The notes below the pieces were generated by a model. That model ran no database searches, had not been told where the DNA came from, and saw only the letters and a program-made list of their open reading frames with translations. From contig JADZED010000080.1 in assembly GCA_020850715.1 (NCBI GenBank), forward strand, positions 68,524-132,523: a stretch of 64,000 nucleotides of DNA, given 5' to 3'. Made by a program: the position numbers and the translations under genes. This DNA comes from Acidobacteriota bacterium. GTDB taxonomy: Bacteria > Acidobacteriota > Vicinamibacteria > Vicinamibacterales > CAVVIG01. Numbering within the stretch: the stretch's first letter is position 1; the number at the start of each line of letters is the position of its first letter. This document shows, one piece after another, positions 44,449 through 53,009 of this stretch.

Positions 44449-45560
44449 TCATCGCGCGATCCGTTCATCCGCTGCCGGGCGAGGCCGAGCGCAGGGAGCG
44501 TCTGCTCGCGCTGGTCGACGGCTTCTCGAGCCGCCGCGTGCTGGTCGCCGGCGATCTGATCGCCGACCAGTTCATCTACGGCGAGGTCGCGCGCGTGTCG
44601 CGCGAGGCGCCCGTGCTGATCCTCAAGTACGACGCGACCGAGATGCTCGCCGGCGGCGCCGGCAACGCCGCCAACAACGTCGCCTCGCTCGGCGGCCGCG
44701 CGACGCTGGCGGGGCTGGTCGGCGCCGATGCCGAAGGCGCCCGCCTGCTCGCGAGCTTCGATCGCGCGGTGAACACGCGCGGCGTGCGGCGGCTGCGGGG
44801 CCATCGCACCCCGGTCAAGACGCGCATCCTCGCCGGCGGCGTGCACTCGGCCAAGCAGCAGGTCGTGCGGATCGATCGCGAATCCGGCTGGCCGCTGCGG
44901 GCGCCGGCGCCGGCCGCGTTCGTGGCGGCGGTGCGGCGCGCGGCGGCGAGCTGCGACGCCGTGATCCTGTCAGACTACGGATCCGGCCTCGTCACGCCCG
45001 GGCTCGCCGACTCGCTCCGGATGATCGTGCAGCAGCGCGCGCGGCGGCGGGAGGTGCCGGTGCTCGTCGATTCCCGCTACCGGCCGCTCGACTATCGCGG
45101 CCTCACCGCCTGCACGCCGAACGAGGCGGAAGTCGAGCAGGTGCTCGGGATCCGCGTGGACGACGACGCCGCCGCGCTCGAGCGGGCGGGGCGGCGGCTG
45201 CTGGCGCGGACGAAGATGCGGGCGGTGCTGGTCACGCGCGGGAGCCGCGGCATGGCGCTGTTCGAGCCGAAACGGCCCACGGCGCACATTCCCATCTTCG
45301 GATCCGACGAGGTCGCCGACGTGACGGGCGCCGGCGACACCGTGATCGCGACCTTTGGCCTCGCGCTCGCCGCGGGCGCTTCGTTCTACGAGGCGGCGCG
45401 GCTCGCCAACTATGCGGGCGGGCTCGTCGTGATGAAACGCGGGACGGCGACCGTCTCGGCCCGCGAGCTCGGCGAGGCGATCGCCGGCGACCATGACACG
45501 GCGACCGAGCGCTGGTCGCAGGAAGGGCCGGAACAGGGCCGGCGGCGGGCGCGGCGCTAG
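44445..45560 (+). CDS. hldA: D-glycero-beta-D-manno-heptose-7-phosphate kinase (RfaE domain I type)
   Basis: PfkB-type 'GGAGNAANNVASLGG' and 'DVTGAGDTV'. ATG overlaps the gmhB stop. The TAG stop lies in the terminal CTAG of repeat copy 2. Confidence 0.8.
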   Translation: MIIARSVHPLPGEAERRERLLALVDGFSSRRVLVAGDLIADQFIYGEVARVSREAPVLILKYDATEMLAGGAGNAANNVASLGGRATLAGLVGADAEGARLLASFDRAVNTRGVRRLRGHRTPVKTRILAGGVHSAKQQVVRIDRESGWPLRAPAPAAFVAAVRRAAASCDAVILSDYGSGLVTPGLADSLRMIVQQRARRREVPVLVDSRYRPLDYRGLTACTPNEAEVEQVLGIRVDDDAAALERAGRRLLARTKMRAVLVTRGSRGMALFEPKRPTAHIPIFGSDEVADVTGAGDTVIATFGLALAAGASFYEAARLANYAGGLVVMKRGTATVSARELGEAIAGDHDTATERWSQEGPEQGRRRARR

Positions 45561-45708
45561 TGCCCCGTCCCAGTGGTTCGCGACACAACTTGCGGGCGGC
45601 GCATCCCGGCGGACGGCGTTGCTCCTCCCTCGAATACTCGCGGTATTCTCGGTCGTCGCGCCTTGCCATCCGGGCGCCGCGCCCGGGACTACGTTGACGG
45701 GACACTGG
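45557..45708. repeat. MITE-like repeat element, copy 2 (~150 bp) between hldA and hldC
   Basis: 'ctagtgccccgtcccagtggttcgcgacac...gcgggcggcgcatccc...ggcgttgctc' is nearly identical to copy 1 over the first ~70 nt. Right end is 'gacgggacactgg'. Central hairpin 'gaatac-tcgcg-gtattc'. Confidence 0.7.
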
Positions 45709-45737
45709 GAATCGGGGTTTCCGAAGCCATCATTCAG

Positions 45738-46214
45738 ATGCCGGTCCTGTCGTTCGCCGACCTCTCCGCCGCCGTCGCCCGCGATCGAGCCGCCGGCCGG
45801 ACGATCGCGCTCGCCAACGGCGGCTTCGACCTGCTGCACGTCGGCCACGTGCGATACCTGCGGGCGGCTGCCGCCCAAGCCGACCGGCTCGTTGTCGCCG
45901 TGAACGACGATCGGTCGATGGCAAAGCTGAAGGGGCCGGGACGGCCGGTCATTCCTGCGGCCGATCGCGCCGAACTGGTCGCCGCGCTCCGCGGCGTCGA
46001 CTACGTCGTCGTCTTCGACGACGATACCGTCGAATCGCTGCTGCTGGCGATCAGGCCGGAGGTCCACTGCAAGGGGACCGACTACACCGCCGACACGGTG
46101 CCCGAGCGCGAGGTTGTCCGCGCCTACGGCGGCCGCACGGCCATCGTGGGCGATCCGAAAGATCACTCCACGCGCGATCTCGTCGCGCGGCTCTCACGTG
46201 ACGGCCCGGACTGA
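45738..46214 (+). CDS. hldC: D-glycero-beta-D-manno-heptose 1-phosphate adenylyltransferase (RfaE domain II type)
   Basis: Cytidylyltransferase motif '[15 protein letters not shown]'. About 158 aa. Confidence 0.85.
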   Translation: MPVLSFADLSAAVARDRAAGRTIALANGGFDLLHVGHVRYLRAAAAQADRLVVAVNDDRSMAKLKGPGRPVIPAADRAELVAALRGVDYVVVFDDDTVESLLLAIRPEVHCKGTDYTADTVPEREVVRAYGGRTAIVGDPKDHSTRDLVARLSRDGPD

Positions 46215-47292
46215 GACCGCCGGCGGCCGCGCCGCGGCCGCCGGCGCGCCGCCGCACCGCATCCTGCTCGTGCGCCTCGGCGCCCTCGGCGATGTCGTGC
46301 ACGCGATTCCGGTGGCCGCCGCACTGCGCCGCGCCCTGCCTTCGGCCCGGATCGACTGGCTCGTGAGCGCGAAGCACCGGGAAGTCCTCGACCTGGTGCC
46401 GGCGATCGACCAGCGCCTGGCCATCAACGATCGTGCCGGCGCGAGCGGCGGACGCACGCTGCTGCAGGCGATCGCCGGCCTGCGCCGCGAACGCTACGAC
46501 GTGGCGATCGATCTGCAGGGCCTGATCAAGTCGGCGGCGCTCGCCCGGCTGTCCGGCGCGACGCGCGTGATCGGCTTCGCCTCCCCGTTCGTGCGCGAGC
46601 CCCTCGCCAGGTGGTTCTATACCGAGGCGCACGATCCGGGCACCGGCGGCGTGCACGATCGCGGCGAAGGGCGCCATATCGTGGAGATCAATCTCGGGAT
46701 CCTCGAAGCGCTCGGCATCCCCCGCGGCCCGATCGTCTTTCCGCTGGCGCCGATCGACTCGGCGGCCGCGCGCAGCGTGCGCGAGCGGACGGGCGGGCGG
46801 TACGCCCTGCTGAACCCCGGCGCCGCATGGCCGAACAAGCGGTGGCCGCCCGAGCGGTTCGCGGCGGTCGCACGGGCGCTGCGCGCGCGGCACGCGCTCG
46901 CCTCGACGGTGCTGTGGGGCCCCGCCGAAGAAACGCTCGCGCGCGAGGTCGTCGCCGCATCCGAGGGCGCGGCGGCGCTCGCGCCCAGGACGTCGATCGC
47001 GGATCTGGTGGCGCTGGCGCGTGGCGCGGCGCTGATGGTGTCGGGCGATACCGGACCGACGCATCTCGCGGCGGCGGTCGGCACGCCGATCGTGGCGTTG
47101 TTCGGGCCGACTCGGCCGCAGCGCAACGGACCGTGGGCGCCCGACGATCTCGCGATCTCGCGCGCGGGGGTGTGCCAGTGCCATCACCTCCGGCGCTGCC
47201 GGCTTGCCTCGATGTGCCTGCTGGACGTGCAGGTCTCCGAAGTGCTCGAGGCCATCGACCGCCGGCTGGCGCGGAGCGCCGCCCGTGGCTGA
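46198..47292 (+). CDS. Family 9 glycosyltransferase (LPS heptosyltransferase, WaaC-like)
   Basis: '[17 protein letters not shown]', 'DLQGLIKSA' and '[15 protein letters not shown]'. GTG 46198 overlaps the hldC end. Confidence 0.75.
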   Translation: MTARTETAGGRAAAAGAPPHRILLVRLGALGDVVHAIPVAAALRRALPSARIDWLVSAKHREVLDLVPAIDQRLAINDRAGASGGRTLLQAIAGLRRERYDVAIDLQGLIKSAALARLSGATRVIGFASPFVREPLARWFYTEAHDPGTGGVHDRGEGRHIVEINLGILEALGIPRGPIVFPLAPIDSAAARSVRERTGGRYALLNPGAAWPNKRWPPERFAAVARALRARHALASTVLWGPAEETLAREVVAASEGAAALAPRTSIADLVALARGAALMVSGDTGPTHLAAAVGTPIVALFGPTRPQRNGPWAPDDLAISRAGVCQCHHLRRCRLASMCLLDVQVSEVLEAIDRRLARSAARG

Positions 47293-47827
47293 TGCGCGCC
47301 CGGCGGAGCGGGGCGCAACCGCGTTCCTCGCGCGGTGGCGCGTCACCCTTGGCTTCGTCGCCGGGGCGCTCGCGCTCTGGCTGGCGGAGCCGACCGCGCG
47401 CACTCTTGCCGCGGGCGTTCCGATCGCCGCGGCCGGCGAGTCGCTGCGACTCTGGGCCGCCGGCCACCTGCACAAGTCGCGCGAGGTCACCTCGTCGGGC
47501 CCCTACCGCTGGCTTGCCCACCCGCTCTACGCCGGGTCGTCAGCGATCGGCGCCGGCATCGCGATCGCCGCCGGCAGCATCGTCGTGGCAGCGGTCGCCG
47601 CCGCATACCTGACGGCCACCCTTACGGCGGCCGTCCGAAGCGAAGAGGCGTTTCTCCGCCGGACGTTCGGCGACCGATATGTCGAATACCGCCGCGGCGG
47701 CGAGGTGGAATCGGAGGCGCGGCGCTTCGCCTGGTCGCAGGCCATCGCCAACCGCGAGCACCGCGCGATCGTCGGTCTGCTGGTCGCCCTCGCACTGCTC
47801 GCGCTCAAAGCACGGCTCGCCGCCTGA
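47285..47827 (+). CDS. Membrane methyltransferase of the isoprenylcysteine carboxyl / phospholipid methyltransferase (ICMT/PEMT) type
   Basis: Hydrophobic, with 'TSGPYRWLAHPLY' and 'EEAFLRRTFGDRYVEY', characteristic of ICMT-like enzymes. GTG 47285 overlaps the waaC-like stop. Confidence 0.55.
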   Translation: MADARPAERGATAFLARWRVTLGFVAGALALWLAEPTARTLAAGVPIAAAGESLRLWAAGHLHKSREVTSSGPYRWLAHPLYAGSSAIGAGIAIAAGSIVVAAVAAAYLTATLTAAVRSEEAFLRRTFGDRYVEYRRGGEVESEARRFAWSQAIANREHRAIVGLLVALALLALKARLAA

Positions 47828-48112
47828 GCGGCCGCCTCGGCGGCGCTGTCGGCCGGCTTGGCCATCTGGGCTAATGAGCATCATTCTGTCTTCTTCTTCG
47901 GGAACGTGTTCTACCCTGTTTCGATGAGCTGAAACAAGACATGTTGCTGGAATACGTTTCAATATCGTTACTTAGAGAGATGGTCCCTCGAAGCAAGTAT
48001 CTGAATGGGACACGAACATACGTTCCTGATCGCCCACCTCCATCCTCGTCGGATTTCGATAAACCATAGAATCGACGGATCTTGATCTCAGCGGAAGACC
48101 TTGGACGACCTC

Positions 48113-48128
48113 TGGCGCAGCAATTGCA
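48113..48128 (+). promoter_or_regulatory. Sigma-54 (-24/-12) type promoter candidate
   Basis: 'TGGCGC-agcaa-TTGCA' matches TGGCAC-N5-TTGCW with correct GG/GC spacing, ~75 nt upstream of the response-regulator GTG. Confidence 0.4.
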
Positions 48129-48202
48129 CTTTAGAGTCATATTGTGCGCTTTGTTGCTCCTTCGATGTCATTGAAGGAGCTGTTGCTCGAGGAAATACTC
48201 AC

Positions 48203-48574
48203 GTGCCCACTGTCCTGCTCGCCGAAGACAACGAAGCCAGCCGCAACGCTCTCGCGCAGGGGCTCGAGCTGCGGAACTATCGTGTGCTGACGGCGGTCGA
48301 CGGCCTGCAGGCGGTGGCGCTGGCGCGCGCATCCAAGCCGGATCTCATCCTGATGGATCTGGGGCTGCCCGGCCTCGACGGCTGGGAAGCGACGGCGCGG
48401 CTGAAGACGGACGGCGAGACGCAGCACATTCCGATCATCGTCCTGAGCGCGCGGGCGGAGCCGAACGACCACCACCGGGCGCTCGCGGCCGGCGGCGACG
48501 ACTTCGCCATCAAGCCGATCGAGCTCGATCGGCTTCTGGCCAGGATGGCATTGTTGCTGGCGAAGCATCCGTGA
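48203..48574 (+). CDS. Single-domain response regulator (CheY-like receiver)
   Basis: 'VLLAEDNE', 'DLILMDLGLPGLDGWE' and 'DDFAIKP'. GTG 48203 was chosen as start. Confidence 0.85.
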   Translation: MPTVLLAEDNEASRNALAQGLELRNYRVLTAVDGLQAVALARASKPDLILMDLGLPGLDGWEATARLKTDGETQHIPIIVLSARAEPNDHHRALAAGGDDFAIKPIELDRLLARMALLLAKHP

Positions 48575-48605
48575 CGATGGAGGCCGCGGCCTGCGAGGGC
48601 GGGCT

Positions 48606-51113
48606 TCAGCGTGCAGGCGGCGATTCGATCGGCAGCCGATGGGATCGCACGAGCGCACGTTTGACGATCTCGACCAGCACCAGATAACTCGACGTGGCGG
48701 CGACGAGGAAGGCGAAGTACCGCAGCGGCGGGATCGTGAACCCGAGCAGCGGCGCGAGCGGCGTCGCGGGCAGCGCCAGGCCAAGCGCCACGACGGCCAG
48801 GGTCGTCGCAGCCAGTGCGGCGCTCGGCCGGCTCCGAAGCGGATTCTCCATCGTCCGGATGACGAAGAGGACCAGGGTCTGCGTCGCCAGCGATTCCACG
48901 AACCAGCCCGTGTGGAAGAGCGTCTCGGTCGCGTGCAGGACGTGCAGCAGGACGTAGAACGTGAGGAAGTCGAACAGCGAGCTGACCGGCCCGATCATCA
49001 GCATGAAGTCGCGGATGAGGCGCATGTCCCAACGTTGCGGGCGGCGCACGTACGCCCGGTCGACCCGATCGGCGGGGATGGTGATCTGGGCAACGTCGTA
49101 CAGCAGGTTGTTCAGGAGAATCTGCGTCGGCAGCATCGGCAGAAACGGCAGGAAGACGGATGCGGCGGCCATGCTGAACATGTTGCCGAAGTTCGAGCTG
49201 GTGCCCATCAGCAGGTACTTCATCATGTTGCCCGACGCTCGCCGGCCTTCGAGGATGCCGCGGTGCAGCACGCGCAGCCCGGTGTCGCCGAGAATGATGT
49301 CCGCCGACTCCCTGGCGGCATCTGTGGCGTTCAGCACCGAGATCCCGACGTCGGCGGTGTGGAGCGATGGGACGTCGTTGATGCCGTCGCCCAGGAAGCC
49401 GACGACATGGCCGCGCCGCTTGAGCGCCTCGATGATCCGGTTCTTCTGCGACGGCGACACGCGCGCGAACACCGACGCTTCCTCGACCACGTGGCCCAGC
49501 GCCGCGTCGTCCAGCCGCGCGAGTTCCTCTCCCGTAACCAGCGTCTCGTGCTCGATGCCGACCTGCTCGCAGACGCGGGCGGCCACCCGCTGGTTGTCGC
49601 CGGTGAGGATCTTCACCGCGACGCCATCGCGCCCGAGTTCGGCGATCGCGTCTCCCGCGTCTGGCCGGACCGGATCGGCAAAGGCGATGAAGCCCGCCAG
49701 CCGCAGGTCCCGTTCGTCCTCCCGCGTGTAAGCCGGAGCGGGCGCGACTTCCCGGTACGCCACCGCGAGCACCCGCAACCCGTCGGTTCCGAGCCGTTCG
49801 CACGTCGAGCTGCCGGGCCGGCTCTCGGTTTCGCCGTCGCGGTCGCCGAACGTCGTGAGAGGCAGCAACTGTTCGGGAGCGCCTTTGGTGACGAGCAGCC
49901 GCCGGCCATCCGGCGCATCGACGACCACCGAGACCCGGCGCCGCTCGAAGTCGAACGGGATCTCATCGACCTTCCTGTAGCCGCCGGCATCGTCCGGCCG
50001 CGCTTCGAGGATCGCGGCATCGAGCGGGCTCCGGATGCCGGACGAGAACCGGCTGTTGAGGGCGGCGAGGCGCAGCGGCCGATCCGACGGCTGGCCAGCC
50101 CCATCGACGACGCAGTCGATCTGCACGTCGCCCTTCGTGAGCGTCCCGGTCTTGTCGCTGCACAGGATGTCGATGCTGCCGAGGTTCTGGATGGCCGGCA
50201 GGTGCCTGACGATCACCCGCTCGCGCGCCATGCGCATCGCGCCGGCGGTGAGGGTGACCGACGCGATCATCGGCAGGAATTCCGGCGTGAGCCCCACGCC
50301 CAGCGCCACGGCGAACAGCAGCGACTCAATCGGATCGCGCCCCATCGCGAGCGCGACGAGCAGGATGAAGAGCACGAGCGCGACCGTCGTGCGCAGAATG
50401 AGGAGACTGAAACGGCGCAAGCCGAGTTCGAACTCGGAGGCGGGCGCGCGCGCACCGAGGCGTCTGGCGATGTCGCCGAACACGGTCCGCGGTCCCGTGG
50501 CGAGCGTGGCGGCCACGGCCGTGCCGCTCACGACCGAGGTGGCCATGAACACGAAGCCGGGATCGTCGGGCCCTGCGGCGGCGGCGTCAGCCGCGGCCGC
50601 GTACTTGTCGACCGGCAGCGATTCGCCCGTGAGCATCGCCTGCTGGACGGAAAGATCGCGCGCCTCGATCAAGCGCGCATCGGCCGGCACCAGGTCGCCC
50701 GCCGACAGGCGGACCAGATCGCCGGAGACAACGTCCCGCAGCGGGATCTCCTGCCATCGCCCGTCCCGCTCCACCGTCGCCGTCGCCGCCACCGAGGCCC
50801 GCAGGCGATCGGCCGCCTGCTGCGAGCGGTACGTCTGCCAGAAATTGATGGCGATCCCGAGAAGGACGATGGCCGCGATGATCAAGGCGTCGGTGCGCTG
50901 CCCGAGCGACGCCGAGATGCCGCTGGCGACCAGCAGGATGGCAACCAGCGGATTCGCGAACAGATCAATCACCTGGACGAGGGCGGACAGCGGGCGGATT
51001 GGGACCGGCTCATTCGGGCCGTCCCGGGCCAGGCGCCGCGCAGCCTCCGCACTGGTCAGTCCCGCCGGACGACCGGGCGGGGAGGGATGCGCGGCGCCGG
51101 CTCCTTCAGCCAT
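48606..51113 (-). CDS. mgtA: P-type ATPase, Mg2+-importing (MgtA/MgtB-like)
   Basis: 'LTGESLPV', 'CSDKTGTLT', 'LTGDN' and 'GDGINDVPSL'. The internal ATG 51113 ('MAEGAGAAH') was chosen as start; the upstream part of the listed ORF is non-coding-like. Confidence 0.75.
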   Translation of the reverse strand: MAEGAGAAHPSPPGRPAGLTSAEAARRLARDGPNEPVPIRPLSALVQVIDLFANPLVAILLVASGISASLGQRTDALIIAAIVLLGIAINFWQTYRSQQAADRLRASVAATATVERDGRWQEIPLRDVVSGDLVRLSAGDLVPADARLIEARDLSVQQAMLTGESLPVDKYAAAADAAAAGPDDPGFVFMATSVVSGTAVAATLATGPRTVFGDIARRLGARAPASEFELGLRRFSLLILRTTVALVLFILLVALAMGRDPIESLLFAVALGVGLTPEFLPMIASVTLTAGAMRMARERVIVRHLPAIQNLGSIDILCSDKTGTLTKGDVQIDCVVDGAGQPSDRPLRLAALNSRFSSGIRSPLDAAILEARPDDAGGYRKVDEIPFDFERRRVSVVVDAPDGRRLLVTKGAPEQLLPLTTFGDRDGETESRPGSSTCERLGTDGLRVLAVAYREVAPAPAYTREDERDLRLAGFIAFADPVRPDAGDAIAELGRDGVAVKILTGDNQRVAARVCEQVGIEHETLVTGEELARLDDAALGHVVEEASVFARVSPSQKNRIIEALKRRGHVVGFLGDGINDVPSLHTADVGISVLNATDAARESADIILGDTGLRVLHRGILEGRRASGNMMKYLLMGTSSNFGNMFSMAAASVFLPFLPMLPTQILLNNLLYDVAQITIPADRVDRAYVRRPQRWDMRLIRDFMLMIGPVSSLFDFLTFYVLLHVLHATETLFHTGWFVESLATQTLVLFVIRTMENPLRSRPSAALAATTLAVVALGLALPATPLAPLLGFTIPPLRYFAFLVAATSSYLVLVEIVKRALVRSHRLPIESPPAR

Positions 51114-51231
51114 CGTCGTCAGGGTACCATCGGCCCTCGCGCGGGCTGGCCTTCCATTCCGAGGACTGCTATACACGTCTCGTGGATGAGACGCGACAGG
51201 GCGCCGGCGACAGCGTTCGGGACGGGCGGCA

Positions 51232-52044
51232 GTGCTCCAGCAACTGAAGCGGCCGATCGGGCGCTGGCTCCAACAGACCGGCAGGCTCGAAGGATTCCGC
51301 GACTCCGCGCCGTACTCCTGGTACCTCCGCCTGTTCTTTCCGGCCTTCGCGCGCCGGAAGGCGCTCGAGCTGGAGGTGTATCGGCGCCTGCTGCCGGACG
51401 ACCGGCTGATCTTCGACATCGGCGCGAACATCGGCTCGAAGGCGATCCTGTTCACGAAGCTGGCTGCCCAGGTGGTCTGTGTCGAACCGGACGCCGCGTG
51501 CGTCGACGTGCTGCGACGTCGGTTCCAGCGGAATCCCGACGTGCGCATCGTGCACGCGGCGGTCGTCGGCGATTCGGCAGGAACCGGGACGCTCTTCAAA
51601 CTGGCGGGCGCCTCGAGCTACAACACGCTGTCGCCGAAGTGGCTGGCGCTGTTGACCGACCAGGCGAAGCCGAGATTCGCATCGCCTCCCGAACAGGAGG
51701 CCGGCGAGATCGTGCCGACGACGACGCTCGATCGCCTGATCGCGCGGTTCGGCACGCCGTCGTACATCAAGATCGACGTGGAAGGCAGCGAGCTGTCCGT
51801 CATCAAGGGCCTGTCGACGACGGTGCCGCTCGTGAGCTTCGAGGCGATCCTGCCGGAGTTCAGGGAAGAGACGCTGCAGATCCTCGATCTGCTGCACGCG
51901 CGGGCGCCGGACGGCAGGTTCAACTACTGCCTCGACGACCCGGGTCCCGAACTGGCATCCCCCGAGTGGCTCACCTACGACGCGATGCGGGCGTTCGTCG
52001 GGCGGGGCGAAGGGCTGCTGATGGAGATCTACTTCCGGAGCTGA
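51232..52044 (+). CDS. FkbM family methyltransferase
   Basis: 'IFDIGANIGSKAILF' and 'IKIDVEGSEL', typical of FkbM-type methyltransferases. Confidence 0.6.
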   Translation: MLQQLKRPIGRWLQQTGRLEGFRDSAPYSWYLRLFFPAFARRKALELEVYRRLLPDDRLIFDIGANIGSKAILFTKLAAQVVCVEPDAACVDVLRRRFQRNPDVRIVHAAVVGDSAGTGTLFKLAGASSYNTLSPKWLALLTDQAKPRFASPPEQEAGEIVPTTTLDRLIARFGTPSYIKIDVEGSELSVIKGLSTTVPLVSFEAILPEFREETLQILDLLHARAPDGRFNYCLDDPGPELASPEWLTYDAMRAFVGRGEGLLMEIYFRS

Positions 52045-52207
52045 TGGGCAGTTCCAGCCGGAGGGACCGGATCGCGCGGCAATGGCACGGCGGCGCCGTG
52101 CGGCGGGACTGTCCGCGCGCGTGGGAACAGGCGGCCGTGAGGGGCGACCGTCGCAGGTGGGATGGCTCGCCAACCGGAGTCCGCTCGCGCGTCAGGCGAG
52201 CGATGGT

Positions 52208-52284
52208 TGGCGGGGTCGACGGGACTCGAACCCGCGGCCTCCGCCGTGACAGGGCGGCGTTCTAACCAGCTGAACTACGACCCC
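52208..52284 (-). tRNA. tRNA-Asp (anticodon GTC), CCA encoded
   Basis: Manual fold: acceptor GGGGTCG/CGACCCC, anticodon stem CCGCC/GGCGG with loop CTGTCAC, and T-arm GCGGG-TTCGAGT-CCCGT. Confidence 0.9.
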
Positions 52285-52362
52285 AATGCTGCGATCGATC
52301 GATCGCGGACTCGAGGATCGCGGGGTTTCGGCGCCCGCGTCCTGTCGTCCTGCGATTCCGAG

Positions 52363-52434
52363 TGGGCGGTGCAGGATTCGAACCTGCGACAGCCGGCGTG
52401 TAAAGCCGGTGCTCTACCACTGAGCTAACCGCCC
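52363..52434 (-). tRNA. tRNA-Val (anticodon TAC)
   Basis: Manual fold: acceptor GGGCGGT/ACCGCCC, anticodon stem CCGGC/GCCGG with loop TTTACAC, and T-arm GCAGG-TTCGAAT-CCTGC. CCA is not encoded. Confidence 0.9.
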
Positions 52435-52532
52435 ATGGCAGACCTGCAGGCCAACCCTCCGGCCGCGCCCAGAACGCACCATTATACGTGCGCGACCGGA
52501 GCGCGGCAACGACGCCAGCGCTCGAGCGCAGG

Positions 52533-52937
52533 TCACCGGCGGCCGGCCGGCGCGCCGGCGCAGCAGGCGAAGGCCGGCGGGGCGCCGGGCGCCGGCAGGC
52601 CACAGCCGGTCTTCTCCTGCAGCCGCACCCGGTCGCGGCGCACCAGGTCGAGATGCCCGAGCGCGTGCGCGACGACGTCGCGGACCGTGCCGGTGACCGC
52701 GTCGCGTCGATCGGCGAGCCGGTAGTAGACCCAAGGCCCCTGGCGGCGCGCCGCCACCAGGCCGGCCCGGCGCAGGTAGGCGAGGTGACGCGACGTCTTG
52801 GGCTGCGAGATGCGCAAGCTCTCGTGGATGTGGCAGACGCAGACCTCGCCGCCCAGCAGGAGGCCGAGGATGCGCAGCCGCGTCGCATCGCCGAGCGCCT
52901 GAAAGAGCGTCTCCATCCGCAGCAGCGCCTCGGTCAT
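52533..52937 (-). CDS. arsR: ArsR/SmtB family metalloregulator
   Basis: 'LGDATRLRILGLLLGGEVCVCHIHESL' (HTH with CVC metalloid site). Divergent from arsM. Confidence 0.8.
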   Translation of the reverse strand: MTEALLRMETLFQALGDATRLRILGLLLGGEVCVCHIHESLRISQPKTSRHLAYLRRAGLVAARRQGPWVYYRLADRRDAVTGTVRDVVAHALGHLDLVRRDRVRLQEKTGCGLPAPGAPPAFACCAGAPAGRR

Positions 52938-52974
52938 ATATGCATTGACAAATATATCATGGGCGGGCTACAGT
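52934..52974. promoter_or_regulatory. arsR/arsM divergent control region: AT-rich inverted repeat overlapping a TTGACA -35 and a TACAGT -10 candidate
   Basis: 'TCATATAT-gcattgacaa-ATATATCA' (7/8 inverted repeat). TTGACA at 52945-52950 and TACAGT at 52969-52974 (18-nt spacer), 36 nt before the arsM ATG. Confidence 0.45.
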
Positions 52975-53009
52975 GACGCATACGCTTACGCGAATATCTG
53001 GAGGCTCCG

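Noticed and set aside
45573-45737. Extending hldC upstream to GTG 45573
   Set aside because: The extension is encoded by the repeat element and has no similarity to adenylyltransferase N-termini. ATG 45738 gives a normal-length protein.
47871-48140. 89-aa minus-strand ORF in the AT-rich spacer
   Set aside because: No RBS, atypical composition for this genome, no motif. More likely non-coding.
51114-51231. Possible Mg2+ (M-box) riboswitch or leader upstream of the mgtA-like gene
   Set aside because: Only ~118 nt are available. It is shared with a divergent gene, and I cannot recognise M-box conserved helices by eye. An Infernal scan would be needed.
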